Assembly: GCA_030603745.1 (NCBI GenBank)
Contig: JAUVXE010000007.1
Coordinates: 43,392-107,391, forward strand
Source of the DNA: Coriobacteriia bacterium
Lineage (GTDB): Bacteria > Actinomycetota > Coriobacteriia > Anaerosomatales > SLCP01
Direction: 5' to 3'
DNA length: 64,000 bases
Shown here: positions 26,143 to 35,513 of the stretch, in pieces
Layout: each line of letters opens with the position of its first letter
Numbering within the stretch: position 1 is the stretch's first letter
Made by a program: the position numbers and the translations under genes
The notes under the pieces: generated by a model
What the model was told of the DNA's origin: nothing
The model's database searches: none
What the model saw: only the letters and a program-made list of their open reading frames with translations

Positions 26143-26391
26143 TCAGACGTCCTCGAACGAAGCGGACGCCGTGGGCTCGAGATCCGCCCTGCCGAGGAGC
26201 TCCAGCGCCCGGTCCACCTCGGCGGGCTCAAGGCGCAACGCGATCCCGCAGAGCCCCGTCCCGAGGGTCTTGGGGGCCGGCACGGGGACGACGTCGATCC
26301 CGAGGTCTTTCAGGAGCTGTTCCGCCGAGAGCGCCCGGTGGGTCGACCCGAACCCGAGCACGGTGAACAGGCGCGGCTCGCGCACGGTCAC
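26143..26391 (-). CDS. DUF3343-like small protein (putative S/Se carrier)
   Basis: GTG 26391 overlaps the desulfurase stop (GTGA). The 82-aa product begins VTVREPRLFTVLGFGSTHRALSAEQLLKDLGIDVVPVPAPKTLGTGLCGIALRL, the typical DUF3343 pattern as I recall it. Confidence 0.65.
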   Translation of the reverse strand: MTVREPRLFTVLGFGSTHRALSAEQLLKDLGIDVVPVPAPKTLGTGLCGIALRLEPAEVDRALELLGRADLEPTASASFEDV

Positions 26392-27557
26392 GATGCCAGC
26401 TCCCGGAGTGCCGAAAGCACGGTGTCGACCTGCTCTGCGGTGTTGCCCCACCCCACGCCGAAACGCACCGCGCCGCACTCAAGCGTTCCCACGGTCTCGT
26501 GCGCCCAGGGGGTGCAGTGCAGCCCGGCCCGTGCCGCGATGCCGTATGCGCGGTCGAGCTCGTAGGCGATCCTGTCGGAGTCGAGGGTGTCGTGCACGAC
26601 GGTGACGATCGGCACCCTCGGCACGCCCGGAGGCGGGCCGAGCACTCGGAAGCCCTCGATCGCGAGCACCCCCTCGTGCAGGCGACGGACGAGCTCGGCC
26701 TCGGCGGCACGGAGCGTGGCGCCCTCGGCCTTAAGGAGGGCCGCGGCGGCGCCGAGTCCGACGATCCCGGGCGTGTTGGCGGTACCGGCCTCGTAGCGGT
26801 CGGGACGCTCGGCAGGCATCTCGAGCGAGTCGGAGGCTCCTCCGCCGGTGCCGCCCTCGATCTGCACCTCGAGCTCGAGGCCCGGGACGAGGTAGAGCAG
26901 CCCGATCCCCTGCGGGCCGAGCATGCCCTTATGGCCCGAGGTCGCGTAGGCGTCGGGGGCGAGCGAGGCGAGGTCGACGTCGAGGTGCCCGGCGCCCTGG
27001 GCGCCGTCCACGAGCATGAGCGCGCCGTGCTCGTGCGCGATGTCGGCCAGGTCGCCGATGAGCTGGACCGTGCCGGTCAGGTTCGAGGCGTGCTGGCAGA
27101 CGACCGCGCGGGTGGGCGCGGCGCCGACCTCGCGCTCGACGTCGGCCGGGTCGACGAGCCCGGTGGGATCCGCCTTCACCACCACGACCTCCACGCCGGC
27201 GCGGGCGAGGTGCGCGAGGGGACGTGCGACGGCGTTGTGCTCCATGGAGCCGACCACCACCCGGTCGCCCGGTCGCAACGAGCCCTTGAGCATGAGGTTG
27301 CACGCGGCCGTGCAGCCGGACTGGAAGAGCAGGTCGCGGGTGTCTGGCACGCCGAGGAGCGTCGCACAGGCGCGACGGGCCTCGAGGATCGCGCGCGACG
27401 AGGCGAGCGCCAGCGCGTAGGCCCCGCGCCCCGGGTTGCCGCCGAGTTCGGTGAGCGCGCGCACCACCGCGTCGACGACGGGCCCCGGCTTGGGCCACGA
27501 GCTCGCGCCATGGTCGAAGTAGGCCACCGGCGGGCGGGTCTCCTCGGCGGGCGACAC
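26388..27557 (-). CDS. Class-V aminotransferase-fold cysteine desulfurase / selenocysteine lyase family protein
   Basis: GTG 27557 lies 2 nt after the mogA stop. The PLP-lysine motif is ATSGHKGMLGPQGIGLLY. The N-terminus YFDHGASSWPKPGPVVDAV is typical for the family. The upstream part of the track ORF is artefact. Confidence 0.8.
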   Translation of the reverse strand: MSPAEETRPPVAYFDHGASSWPKPGPVVDAVVRALTELGGNPGRGAYALALASSRAILEARRACATLLGVPDTRDLLFQSGCTAACNLMLKGSLRPGDRVVVGSMEHNAVARPLAHLARAGVEVVVVKADPTGLVDPADVEREVGAAPTRAVVCQHASNLTGTVQLIGDLADIAHEHGALMLVDGAQGAGHLDVDLASLAPDAYATSGHKGMLGPQGIGLLYLVPGLELEVQIEGGTGGGASDSLEMPAERPDRYEAGTANTPGIVGLGAAAALLKAEGATLRAAEAELVRRLHEGVLAIEGFRVLGPPPGVPRVPIVTVVHDTLDSDRIAYELDRAYGIAARAGLHCTPWAHETVGTLECGAVRFGVGWGNTAEQVDTVLSALRELAS

Positions 27558-27559
27558 CG

Positions 27560-28045
27560 CTAGTGGCCCCCGCCCGCGATCATCTCGACGGCGTGCGTGA
27601 GCTGGTCGGCGATGAAGGAGAACGACTCGCGGGCGGCCTTCTCGCTGCCGGGAAGGTTGACGATGAGCGTGGTGCCGCGCAGGCCGGCGGTCCCGCGGGA
27701 GAGCATGGCGCGCGGGGTGACCTTGAGGCTCTCGGCCCGGATGTGCTCGGCGATGCCGGGAGCGCGCCGGTCCGAGACCCGGTCGGTGACCTCGGGCGTG
27801 ATGTCGCGCCGGCTGAAACCGGTGCCACCGCAGGTCAGAACCACGTCGGCCTCGTCGAGGTCGGCCATCTGGATGAGCGAGTCGGCGATGCACTCGTCCT
27901 CGTCAGGGCAGACGTGGTAGGCGATGACGAGCCACCCGCGCTCCTCCACGAGCTCGATGAGCGCCTGGCCGGCGGTGTCCTCGGCGCCACCCGCGGCGCG
28001 GGTGTCCGAGCAGGTCAGGATCCCGACCCTCAAGTCGCGTCCCAC
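27560..28045 (-). CDS. MogA/MoaB-family molybdopterin adenylyltransferase-like protein
   Basis: 161 aa with VGILTCSDTRA...VVLTCGGTGFSRRDITPE...LPGSEKAA, the MogA/MoaB signature. Confidence 0.85.
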   Translation of the reverse strand: MGRDLRVGILTCSDTRAAGGAEDTAGQALIELVEERGWLVIAYHVCPDEDECIADSLIQMADLDEADVVLTCGGTGFSRRDITPEVTDRVSDRRAPGIAEHIRAESLKVTPRAMLSRGTAGLRGTTLIVNLPGSEKAARESFSFIADQLTHAVEMIAGGGH

Positions 28046-28046
28046 G

Positions 28047-28550
28047 TCACTCCTTCCGGTCGCACGTCCCGTCGCCGAGGGCGAGGACCGTGATGGCGTC
28101 GCCGGCGCGGACGTCTCCGGGCTCGCGCACGACCGCGAAGATGCCCTCGCGGGGCATGACGCAGTCGCCGGCCTGGTAGTAGATGGCGCACTTAGTATGG
28201 CAGACCTTCCCGATCTGGCTCACCTCGAGCACCGCCTCCTCGCCGACGCGGAACGTGGTGCCGATCGGCATCGCGAGGAGGTCGATCCCCTCGGTGGTGA
28301 TGTTCTCGGCGAAGTCGCCTGCGGCGACGTCGAGTCCCTTGGCGACCATCGAGTCGATCGACTCTTGCGCGAGCAGGCTCACCTGCCGGTGCCAGTCGCC
28401 GGCGTGCGCGTCACCCGCGAAGCCGCGGTCGAACACGAGGGTGCCCTCCTCACCGCGGGTCTTGCGCACCGTCTTCTTCTCGGAAAGGTTCACCGACACG
28501 ACCTTCCCGGGACCGGGGAGCGCAGGGGTGGCGGTCTCGTTCTCGTTCAT
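28047..28550 (-). CDS. MOSC-domain protein
   Basis: 167 aa with [10 protein letters not shown]...[14 protein letters not shown]...[18 protein letters not shown], a MOSC beta-barrel-like pattern. Located within the Moco operon. Confidence 0.7.
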   Translation of the reverse strand: MNENETATPALPGPGKVVSVNLSEKKTVRKTRGEEGTLVFDRGFAGDAHAGDWHRQVSLLAQESIDSMVAKGLDVAAGDFAENITTEGIDLLAMPIGTTFRVGEEAVLEVSQIGKVCHTKCAIYYQAGDCVMPREGIFAVVREPGDVRAGDAITVLALGDGTCDRKE

Positions 28551-29107
28551 CGTTCCTCCTCGCGGGTCCAGCGGCCGGATGCGCCGCCCTCCTTCTCGAG
28601 CAGCATGACCTCGCCGAGGACCATGCCCCGGTCGACGGCCTTACACATGTCGTAGAGCGTCAGCCCGGCCACCGCGGCGGCCGTGAGCGCCTCCATCTCG
28701 ACGCCGGTCGGCCCGGTGGTCTCGCAGACCGCGACGATCCGGACCGCGGCGAGGCCGTCGCCGGTCGGATCGGGCTCCTCGGCGGTGAGGTCGACCGAAG
28801 CGTGCGTGAGCGCGATCGGGTGACACATCGGGACGAGGTCCGCGGTGCGCTTCGAGGCCATGATGCCGGCGATGCGCGCGGTGGCGAATACGTCTCCTTT
28901 GGGCGCGCGGCCCTCGACGATCATCGCGAGCGTCTCGGGACGCATCGTGATGCGAGCGGAGGCCACGGCGCGCCGGTGCGTGTCGGGCTTGGCGCCCACG
29001 TCGACCATGCGGGCCTCGCCACGCTCGTCGAGGTGCGTGAGCCGCCCGTGGGGGCCGGCGGCACCGGCCGCGGCGGGCGGCACGGCGGGAGGTTCGGTGG
29101 CGCTCAT
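28547..29107 (-). CDS. moaC: Cyclic pyranopterin monophosphate synthase MoaC
   Basis: Uses the internal ATG 29107 of track ORF 28547..29377. Motifs: [16 protein letters not shown]...[28 protein letters not shown]...[23 protein letters not shown]. Confidence 0.9.
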   Translation of the reverse strand: MSATEPPAVPPAAAGAAGPHGRLTHLDERGEARMVDVGAKPDTHRRAVASARITMRPETLAMIVEGRAPKGDVFATARIAGIMASKRTADLVPMCHPIALTHASVDLTAEEPDPTGDGLAAVRIVAVCETTGPTGVEMEALTAAAVAGLTLYDMCKAVDRGMVLGEVMLLEKEGGASGRWTREEER

Positions 29108-29114
29108 CGGGCGG

Positions 29115-30137
29115 TCACCCTCCGATCTGGGACATGCCGCGCGCGGTGCCGACCCGGGAGCTGTGGCTCTCGGGCTTGGTCGCGAGCGCGGTGCGGATGA
29201 GGTCACGGACATCGGCGTCGGTGCCGCCTCGCAGCACCGAGCGCACGTCGATCTCCTCGTCGGAGAAGAGGCAGGCGCGCAGCCGGCCGTCGGCGGTGAG
29301 GCGCAGGCGGTTGCACTCGCCGCAGAAGTGGTGCGAGAGCGGCGTGATGACGCCCACGGTCCCCGGGGCGCCCGCATAGCGGTAGTAGCGCGCCGGCCCC
29401 CAACCGCCCGGGGCGTCGCCGCGCCGGACGGGCTCGAGCGCGCCGAGGCCGGCCGCGGTCCCCTCGGCGGTGAGGCGCTCGAGGATCTCCTCGGCGGAGA
29501 CGTGGTCGGCGCGCGTCCAGCCCTCTCCGGCCGGCTCGCACTCCCCGCCCTCGGACGCGCCGCCCACCGGCATGTACTCGATGAAGCGCACGTGCACCGG
29601 GCGGTCGAGCGTGAGCCGCGCGAAGGCGAGCAGGTCCTGGTCGAGGCCGCGGACCACGACCGCGTTCACCTTGACGGGGCCCATGCCTGCCGCGAACGCG
29701 GCGTCGAGGCCCGCCAGCGCGTCGGCGAGCTTGCCGCCGCGCGTGACGCGCTCGAAGACCGCGGGGTCGAGCGAGTCGAGCGAGATGTTGACGCGCGTGA
29801 GGCCCGCCTCGACGAGCGGGGCGGCGTAGCGCGCGAGCAGCGTGCCGTTGGTGGTCAGCGCGATCGCCTCGAGCCCGGTGAGCGCGCGGAGCCGCCGGAC
29901 GTGGCCGACGACCCCCTTGCGCACGAGCGGCTCGCCGCCGGTCAGGCGGATCTTGGAGATGCCCTCCCCGACCGCGATCGCCGCGAACCGCTCGATCTCC
30001 TCGAGCGAGAGGATCTCGTCGTGGTCCTTCCACGCGACGCCCGCCGCGGGCATGCAGTAGACGCACCGCAGGTTGCACCGGTCGGTGAGCGAGATGCGCA
30101 GGTAGTCGATGCGCCTGCCGAACGCGTCGATCGCCAC
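29115..30137 (-). CDS. moaA: GTP 3',8-cyclase MoaA (radical SAM)
   Basis: 340 aa. Contains the radical-SAM [10 protein letters not shown] motif and the C-terminal [19 protein letters not shown] second-cluster motif. Confidence 0.95.
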   Translation of the reverse strand: MAIDAFGRRIDYLRISLTDRCNLRCVYCMPAAGVAWKDHDEILSLEEIERFAAIAVGEGISKIRLTGGEPLVRKGVVGHVRRLRALTGLEAIALTTNGTLLARYAAPLVEAGLTRVNISLDSLDPAVFERVTRGGKLADALAGLDAAFAAGMGPVKVNAVVVRGLDQDLLAFARLTLDRPVHVRFIEYMPVGGASEGGECEPAGEGWTRADHVSAEEILERLTAEGTAAGLGALEPVRRGDAPGGWGPARYYRYAGAPGTVGVITPLSHHFCGECNRLRLTADGRLRACLFSDEEIDVRSVLRGGTDADVRDLIRTALATKPESHSSRVGTARGMSQIGG

Positions 30138-30706
30138 TACGCCCCGCCCCCCGTCGCCGTCGGGCCCGTGCCGGTCCGCCGCGACCGCGCCTCGGCCCCG
30201 CCGAGGAACCGCTCCTCGATGAGGTCCGCGACGCCCGCCGCGTCGTCGAGCGCGAAGACCGGCGCCGGAGAGCCCGCGAGCGCCTCGACGTCGGTGACGA
30301 GGGCGAAGAGCTCCTCGGCGGCGCAGATCGGTTCGGCCGAGCGCGCCGCGCGCACCACCTCGACGAGCACCGGGGCGGTGGCGCGGAACCCCTCGGTCAG
30401 CAGGAGGTCGAGTCCTTCGGCGGCGGCGAGCGACGCGAGGTCGGCCAGCGAGCGCTCGCCGTCCACCCGCCGGATCACGCCGAGGCGGTTCGGGGCGCTC
30501 ACCATCGTCATGACCGCCCCGGCCCGCTCGTGGCGCCAGGTGTCCTTGCCGGGCACGTCGATGTCGGTCTCGTGCGCGTGATGCTTCGCGGTGCCGACCC
30601 GCCAGCCGCGGGAGGCGAGCTCGGCGATCACGCCCTCGAGCAGGGTCGTGCGGCCCGACTTACTCTTGCCCACCACGCTGACCACCGGAAGCGCCAGCCC
30701 GCTCAT
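30137..30706 (-). CDS. mobB: Molybdopterin-guanine dinucleotide biosynthesis adapter MobB
   Basis: Uses the internal ATG 30706 of track ORF 30137..30787. Contains a P-loop (VVGKSKSGRTTLL) and AKHHAHETDIDVPGKDTWRH. Confidence 0.8.
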   Translation of the reverse strand: MSGLALPVVSVVGKSKSGRTTLLEGVIAELASRGWRVGTAKHHAHETDIDVPGKDTWRHERAGAVMTMVSAPNRLGVIRRVDGERSLADLASLAAAEGLDLLLTEGFRATAPVLVEVVRAARSAEPICAAEELFALVTDVEALAGSPAPVFALDDAAGVADLIEERFLGGAEARSRRTGTGPTATGGGA

Positions 30707-30707
30707 C

Positions 30708-30923
30708 TCAGAAACAGCCGAGGTCACAGTTGTGGACCTTGATCCCGATCGAGTCGGCCGCCGCGCCCGCCACCTTGTAGGGGACACCGCTGTCCTCGGC
30801 GAGCTTCCTCAGCACCGGACAGGTGATGCGGCCTTCGCGGGCCTTCTCCCGCACCGCCTCTGTCAGCTCGGGCGTGACCTGCTCGGCCCACCTGGGGTCG
30901 ATCTGCTTGGGTGAACCGCTCAC
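30708..30923 (-). CDS. Small conserved-looking protein of unknown function in Moco operon (71 aa, C-terminal CDLGCF)
   Basis: The ORF fits exactly between moeA (4-nt overlap) and mobB (1-nt gap). Codon usage matches its neighbours. I do not recognise the family. Confidence 0.5.
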   Translation of the reverse strand: MSGSPKQIDPRWAEQVTPELTEAVREKAREGRITCPVLRKLAEDSGVPYKVAGAAADSIGIKVHNCDLGCF

Positions 30924-32167
30924 GGCGATCCCTCCTCCATGTCGAGTCGGACGACCTCGGCCGGGGTGCCGGCCGCGAAGAACCCTTCACCTTGCGGGAG
31001 CACGAGCAGGCAGTTGCCCTTGTGGGCGGCGGTCAGCAGCGCCGAGGACTGCGAGCCGGAGAGCGCGACCACGAGCCCGCCGTCCTCCCCGCGCTCGAGC
31101 CGGGCGCGCAGGTAGTAGCGGCGGTCCTGTTTCTTCTTGACGTCGTGCGCGAGCGTGGCGACCGAGCGCGGGCGGTCGAGCGCGGTGTGCCCCTGCATGT
31201 AGCGCAGTGCGGGACGCACGAACACCTCGAAGCCCACGTAGGTCGAGGTCGGGTTGCCCGGAAGGCCGAAGAAGGGCACCCCGTCGATGGAGCCGAGCGT
31301 CTGCGGGTTGCCCGGCCGCATCGCGACCTTGCAGAACTCCATCTCGCCGAGCTCCTCGAGCACGGGCTTGACGAAGTCGAAGTCGCCCACGCTCACCCCG
31401 CCGCTCGTCACGATGAAGTCGGCCTCGGCGGCGGCGCGGGCGAACGCCTCCCGGGTCGCGTCGGGGTCGTCGCGCACGATCGGGAAGCGCAGCGGCTCGC
31501 CGCCCGCGGCGAGGACCTGGGCGGCGATCGAATAGGAGTTCGAGTTGCGGATCTTGCCCGGGCCGGGCTGCTCGGCGACCTCGACGAGCTCGTCGCCGGT
31601 CGAGAGCACCGCCACACGGGGGCGGCGGTGGACCTCGACCGTCGCATGCCCCGCCGAGGCGGCCAGTCCCACCGCGGCCGGGCCGACGACCTCGCCCGCG
31701 AGCAGCACCGCGTCTCCCGCGGCGACCTCCTCGCCCCTCAGGCGGACGTTCTCGCCGGGCGCGACGGTGCGGCTCACGTGGACCGTGCCGCCCGTGGAGC
31801 CCGCGGCCTCGCCGGGGGTCGTGTACTCGACCATCACCACCGAGTCCGCCCCGGGAGGCATGGGCGCGCCCGTCATGATCCGCGCAGCCTGTCCGGGACC
31901 GACCTCGAGGTCGGAGTGGTCGCCGGCGGCGATGTGGGAGACGACGTCGAGCGTGACCGGCACGCCGTCGACTGCCGTGGCGAGATCGGCGGCGCGCACC
32001 GCGTAGCCGTCCATCGCCGAGTTGTCGAACGGCGCGATGTCGATGTCGGAGCGCACGTCGGCGGCGAGCACCCTGCCGAGGGCCTCCAGGATCGGCACGC
32101 GCTCGGTCGCGAGGACTCGGCAGCGCGCGAGCACGAGGTCGCGGGCCTGCTCCACGGTGAGCGTCAT
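30920..32167 (-). CDS. moeA: Molybdopterin molybdenum/tungsten transferase MoeA
   Basis: Uses the internal ATG 32167 of track ORF 30920..32503, with an ATGA overlap on the upstream stop. Motifs: IAPFDNSAMDGYAVRAADL, VLSTGDELV, IVTSGGVSVGDFDFV, LPGNPTS. Confidence 0.9.
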   Translation of the reverse strand: MTLTVEQARDLVLARCRVLATERVPILEALGRVLAADVRSDIDIAPFDNSAMDGYAVRAADLATAVDGVPVTLDVVSHIAAGDHSDLEVGPGQAARIMTGAPMPPGADSVVMVEYTTPGEAAGSTGGTVHVSRTVAPGENVRLRGEEVAAGDAVLLAGEVVGPAAVGLAASAGHATVEVHRRPRVAVLSTGDELVEVAEQPGPGKIRNSNSYSIAAQVLAAGGEPLRFPIVRDDPDATREAFARAAAEADFIVTSGGVSVGDFDFVKPVLEELGEMEFCKVAMRPGNPQTLGSIDGVPFFGLPGNPTSTYVGFEVFVRPALRYMQGHTALDRPRSVATLAHDVKKKQDRRYYLRARLERGEDGGLVVALSGSQSSALLTAAHKGNCLLVLPQGEGFFAAGTPAEVVRLDMEEGSP

Positions 32168-33588
32168 CGGGCATCCTCCTCGGCGGGGTTCGTGACGATG
32201 CGTTCGGGGTGCGTGTAGACGGTGATCTTGCCGCCGCGCGCATACCCTGCGAGCGTGATGCCGAGTTCGGCGGCGATCTCGGCGGCCAGGTCGGTGACCG
32301 CGGTGCGGGAGACGACCACCGGCACCCCGGCCTTGGCGGCCTTGACGGCCATCTCGTAGGAGATGCGGCCGGTGGAGAGCAGCACCGCGTCGCGCGCGGG
32401 GACGCGATCGAGCCACGCCCGGCCGAGGAGCTTGTCGAGCGCGTTGTGGCGCCCCACGTCCTCCCGCACGAGCAGCAGCTCGCCGCCGCGCGCCAGCCCG
32501 CACGCGTGCATGCCGCCGGTGTCCCGGTACGACGTGGCCGCGCGCGCCATCTGCCCCATGAGGTCGTAGAGGTCCTGGCTGTCGACCCGCAGCCCGCTCT
32601 CGACGCGGGCGAGCCCGCGGGCGTGCCCGACCGAGGAGAACGTCACGCCCTTGCCGCAGCCGCTCGTGACGTAGCGGGTCTTGTAGACCATGTCGTCGGG
32701 GACCGCCTCGGCGGTGTTCGCGTAGACGAGGCCGCGCTTGTGGTCGACGTCGATGGAGGCGAGCGCGTCGCGGTCGGCCATCAGCCCCTCGGCGACGAAG
32801 AAGCCCGCCGCCATCTCCTCGAGGTCGTCGGGCGTGGCCTGCACCGTCGCGACCTCGACGTCGTTCATGTAGAGCGTGATCGGGCGCTCGGAGGGCATGC
32901 CGCGGGGGCGGCGCGTTCCGACCTCGATCACCGAGACGACGACCCGCTCGGCGTCGCGCGCGTCACGCCGCTTCGGCGCCTGCTCGCGGGCGTCGGCGAG
33001 CTCCTCGGGCGTGTTCACGTTCAGGAAGCTCTTGAGCCCGGGGTCGACGCCACGCAGCGAGTCGACCGGGACCTCGACGACCGTGACCTCGCGAAAGACC
33101 GCGACGAGGCGGCGTCGGCCGCTCGCGAGCACCGTGCGGGCCACCGGCAGACACGCGCGGGAGTAGAGGGCGAGCAGCGGTTCGGGACCCTTGTCGGTCA
33201 CCGGTACGACCACGTCGGCGCCGTCGCGGGCCTCCCACAGCGCACGGACGACCGCGGCCGAGACGTGCGGCATGTCGGCGGCCACGGCGAGCACCCACTC
33301 GTCGGGTGCCTCGGCGAGCGCGGTGACGAGCCCGCCGAGGGGGCCCTGATAGGGTATCTCGTCGGTGAGGACCCGCACGTCGGACGGCAGGCCCGCGTCG
33401 GCGAGCGCCTCGGGACGGTTCGTGACGACGATCGTGTGGGCGCAGACCTCGCCGACCGCGGCGGCGACACGGGCTACGAGCGCCTCGCCATCCACGGGCA
33501 GGAGCGTCTTGTCCACACCCATCCGCATGGAGCGGCCACCGGCCAGCACCGCGGCGGTACAGGGAAGGATGGCGGGTTCGGGGGTCAC
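32164..33588 (-). CDS. MobA-FdhD fusion (Moco guanylyltransferase fused to formate dehydrogenase sulfurtransferase/accessory protein)
   Basis: The N-terminal half is MobA-like: AAVLAGGRSMRMGVDKTLLPV...AADMPHV...FLNVNTPEEL. The C-terminal half is FdhD-like: YVTSGCGKGVTF...GGMHACGL...EDVGRHNALDKLLG...VVSRTAVTDLA. GTG 33588 follows a GAGAGGA RBS. Confidence 0.85.
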   Translation of the reverse strand: MTPEPAILPCTAAVLAGGRSMRMGVDKTLLPVDGEALVARVAAAVGEVCAHTIVVTNRPEALADAGLPSDVRVLTDEIPYQGPLGGLVTALAEAPDEWVLAVAADMPHVSAAVVRALWEARDGADVVVPVTDKGPEPLLALYSRACLPVARTVLASGRRRLVAVFREVTVVEVPVDSLRGVDPGLKSFLNVNTPEELADAREQAPKRRDARDAERVVVSVIEVGTRRPRGMPSERPITLYMNDVEVATVQATPDDLEEMAAGFFVAEGLMADRDALASIDVDHKRGLVYANTAEAVPDDMVYKTRYVTSGCGKGVTFSSVGHARGLARVESGLRVDSQDLYDLMGQMARAATSYRDTGGMHACGLARGGELLLVREDVGRHNALDKLLGRAWLDRVPARDAVLLSTGRISYEMAVKAAKAGVPVVVSRTAVTDLAAEIAAELGITLAGYARGGKITVYTHPERIVTNPAEEDAR

Positions 33589-33647
33589 GGATCCAGTCGT
33601 CCTCTCGTCGCCGGCGCGCCGGCCGTCCCGGGCGGAGCGCACCACAT

Positions 33648-33663
33648 TGTAACCATTGTTACA
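33648..33663. promoter_or_regulatory. Palindromic operator TGTAACCATTGTTACA (site B)
   Basis: Differs from site A at 1 position. It lies 60 nt upstream of the mobA-fdhD GTG. Its promoter-distal-to-proximal half overlaps a TACAAT -10-like hexamer on the minus strand. Confidence 0.55.
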
Positions 33664-33682
33664 TTCCCGTTGCCACCGGCCA

Positions 33683-34795
33683 TCATCGGTCTCCTCGCAC
33701 CCTGACCCGCACCGCCGAGGCCTTGAACACGACCTGCACGAACGAGCCCGCCTCGAGTCCCAGCTCGCGCACCGAGGCGCGCGAGACACGCGAGGCGAAC
33801 GGACTGCCCGCGACGTCGATCGTCATGTGGTGCATGGCCCCCCACGACTGCACCTCGGTGACCGTGCCTGCGAAGCGGTTGCGCGCGGTCGACTGCGGGA
33901 TCTCCGCGTCGCCCTCGAACAGGAGCACGTCCTCCGGACGCACGCCGAGGAGCACCGGGGTCCCGACCGCCTCCGAGCCGGCCGCGAAGACGACCGCCCC
34001 GCCGATGTCGACCCCCACGAGCCCCTCGGCCGAGGAGACGACCTCGCCCTCGAGCGGCTCCCCCGCGCCGAGGAAGGTCGCGGTCCAGGCGTCGGGCGGC
34101 AGCCCGGTGATCTCGTCGACCGGGCCGCTCGCGACCGCGACACCGTCGCGCAGGATCATCATGGTGTCGGCGACCGCCATCGCCTCGTTCTGGTCGTGCG
34201 TGACGTAGAGCGTGGTCATCGACTCCTCGCGGATGATCCGCGCGAAGTCCTGGGCGAGCCGGCCTTTGATGAGCGGGTCGAGCGAGGAGAGCGGCTCGTC
34301 GAGGAGGAGCACCCGCGGTCGCAGCACGAGCGCGCGAGCGAGCGCGACCCGTTGCGCCTCGCCGCCGGAGAGCGTGAGCGCCGAGCGGTCCTCCCATCCC
34401 GCGAGCCCCACCCGCTCGAGCGCCTCGGCGACCGCGCTCCGCCGTGCCCCGGAGAGCATGCGGCGGAGCCTCAGGCCGTAGGAGACGTTGTCGGCGACGG
34501 TGCCCTTGAACAGGTACGGACTCTGGAACGCGGCCGCCATCTGAAGGCGGGCCGCCTTGTCGCGATGCGTGACCTCGCGCCCGTCGAGCAGGACGGTGCC
34601 CTCGTCGGCCGGCTCGAGCAGGCCGAGGATCGCGAGCAGCGTCGACTTGCCGGCACCGGAGGGGCCGAGCAGCGCGAGCGTCTCGCCCGGCTCGATGCGC
34701 ACCTCGGCCACGTCGACGACGGTACGCTTGCCGTAGGTCTTGCGGATCCCCGTCGCCTGCAGCGAGATGCCGGCGGGTGTGGTTCGCGTGGTCAT
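33683..34795 (-). CDS. tupC: Tungstate/molybdate ABC transporter ATP-binding protein with C-terminal TOBE-like domain
   Basis: 370 aa with Walker A (GPSGAGKST), signature motif (LSGGEAQRVALARAL) and Walker B (LLLDEP). An OB/TOBE-like tail ends VRVRVRG. Confidence 0.8.
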   Translation of the reverse strand: MTTRTTPAGISLQATGIRKTYGKRTVVDVAEVRIEPGETLALLGPSGAGKSTLLAILGLLEPADEGTVLLDGREVTHRDKAARLQMAAAFQSPYLFKGTVADNVSYGLRLRRMLSGARRSAVAEALERVGLAGWEDRSALTLSGGEAQRVALARALVLRPRVLLLDEPLSSLDPLIKGRLAQDFARIIREESMTTLYVTHDQNEAMAVADTMMILRDGVAVASGPVDEITGLPPDAWTATFLGAGEPLEGEVVSSAEGLVGVDIGGAVVFAAGSEAVGTPVLLGVRPEDVLLFEGDAEIPQSTARNRFAGTVTEVQSWGAMHHMTIDVAGSPFASRVSRASVRELGLEAGSFVQVVFKASAVRVRVRGDR

Positions 34796-34796
34796 C

Positions 34797-35504
34797 TCAG
34801 CTCCTCTCGAACCGCTCGTTCGAGTGCTGGTACCACGTGAGGAACCCGTTCATCGCGAACGTGATGGTCATGAGGATCAGTCCGAGCGCGAGCGCGAGGC
34901 CGAAGTCGCCCTTGCGCGACTCCTGCACGATCGCCGTGGTGAGCACGCGGGTCTGCCCCTCGATGTTGCCGCCGACCATCATGACGGCACCGACACCGCG
35001 CACCACGGCGCCGAACCCGCTCGCGACAGCCGCGAGCACGCCCAGGCGCGCCTCCCTCAGCGCGAGGAGGGCCTCTTGGACCCTCGATGCGCCGAGGGAG
35101 CGCGCCTGCAGCCGAAGCTTGTACGGCACCGACGCCACGGCTGCGGCGGTCAGGCCGGCGATGATGGGCGCGGAGATCAGGGTCTGCGCGATCGACATCG
35201 CGTCCTTCGTGTAGAGCAGGCCGAGGAAGCCGAGCGGACCCTGGCGAGAGAGGAACATCATCACGACGAGGCCGATGACCACCGGGGGCACGGCCATCGC
35301 GGTGTTCATGAGCGCGACGAGGAGCCTGCGTCCCCGGAACCGGGTCGCCCCCATGACGAAACCCATGGGAGCGCCGAGCACGACTCCGGCCGCCGTGGAG
35401 ACGATGGCGACCTCGAACGTCACCGCGATGACGTTCCAGAGCTCCGTCGAGCCCTGGAAGAGCAACGTGACCGCTGTGACGACTGCTTCGGCGAACACCT
35501 GCAT
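34797..35504 (-). CDS. tupB: Tungstate ABC transporter permease TupB-like
   Basis: 235 aa and polytopic. It has the TupB-like GAVMMVGGNIEGQTRVLTTAIVQESRKGDFGLALALGLILM. Confidence 0.75.
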   Translation of the reverse strand: MQVFAEAVVTAVTLLFQGSTELWNVIAVTFEVAIVSTAAGVVLGAPMGFVMGATRFRGRRLLVALMNTAMAVPPVVIGLVVMMFLSRQGPLGFLGLLYTKDAMSIAQTLISAPIIAGLTAAAVASVPYKLRLQARSLGASRVQEALLALREARLGVLAAVASGFGAVVRGVGAVMMVGGNIEGQTRVLTTAIVQESRKGDFGLALALGLILMTITFAMNGFLTWYQHSNERFERS

Positions 35505-35513
35505 GGCGTGGGC

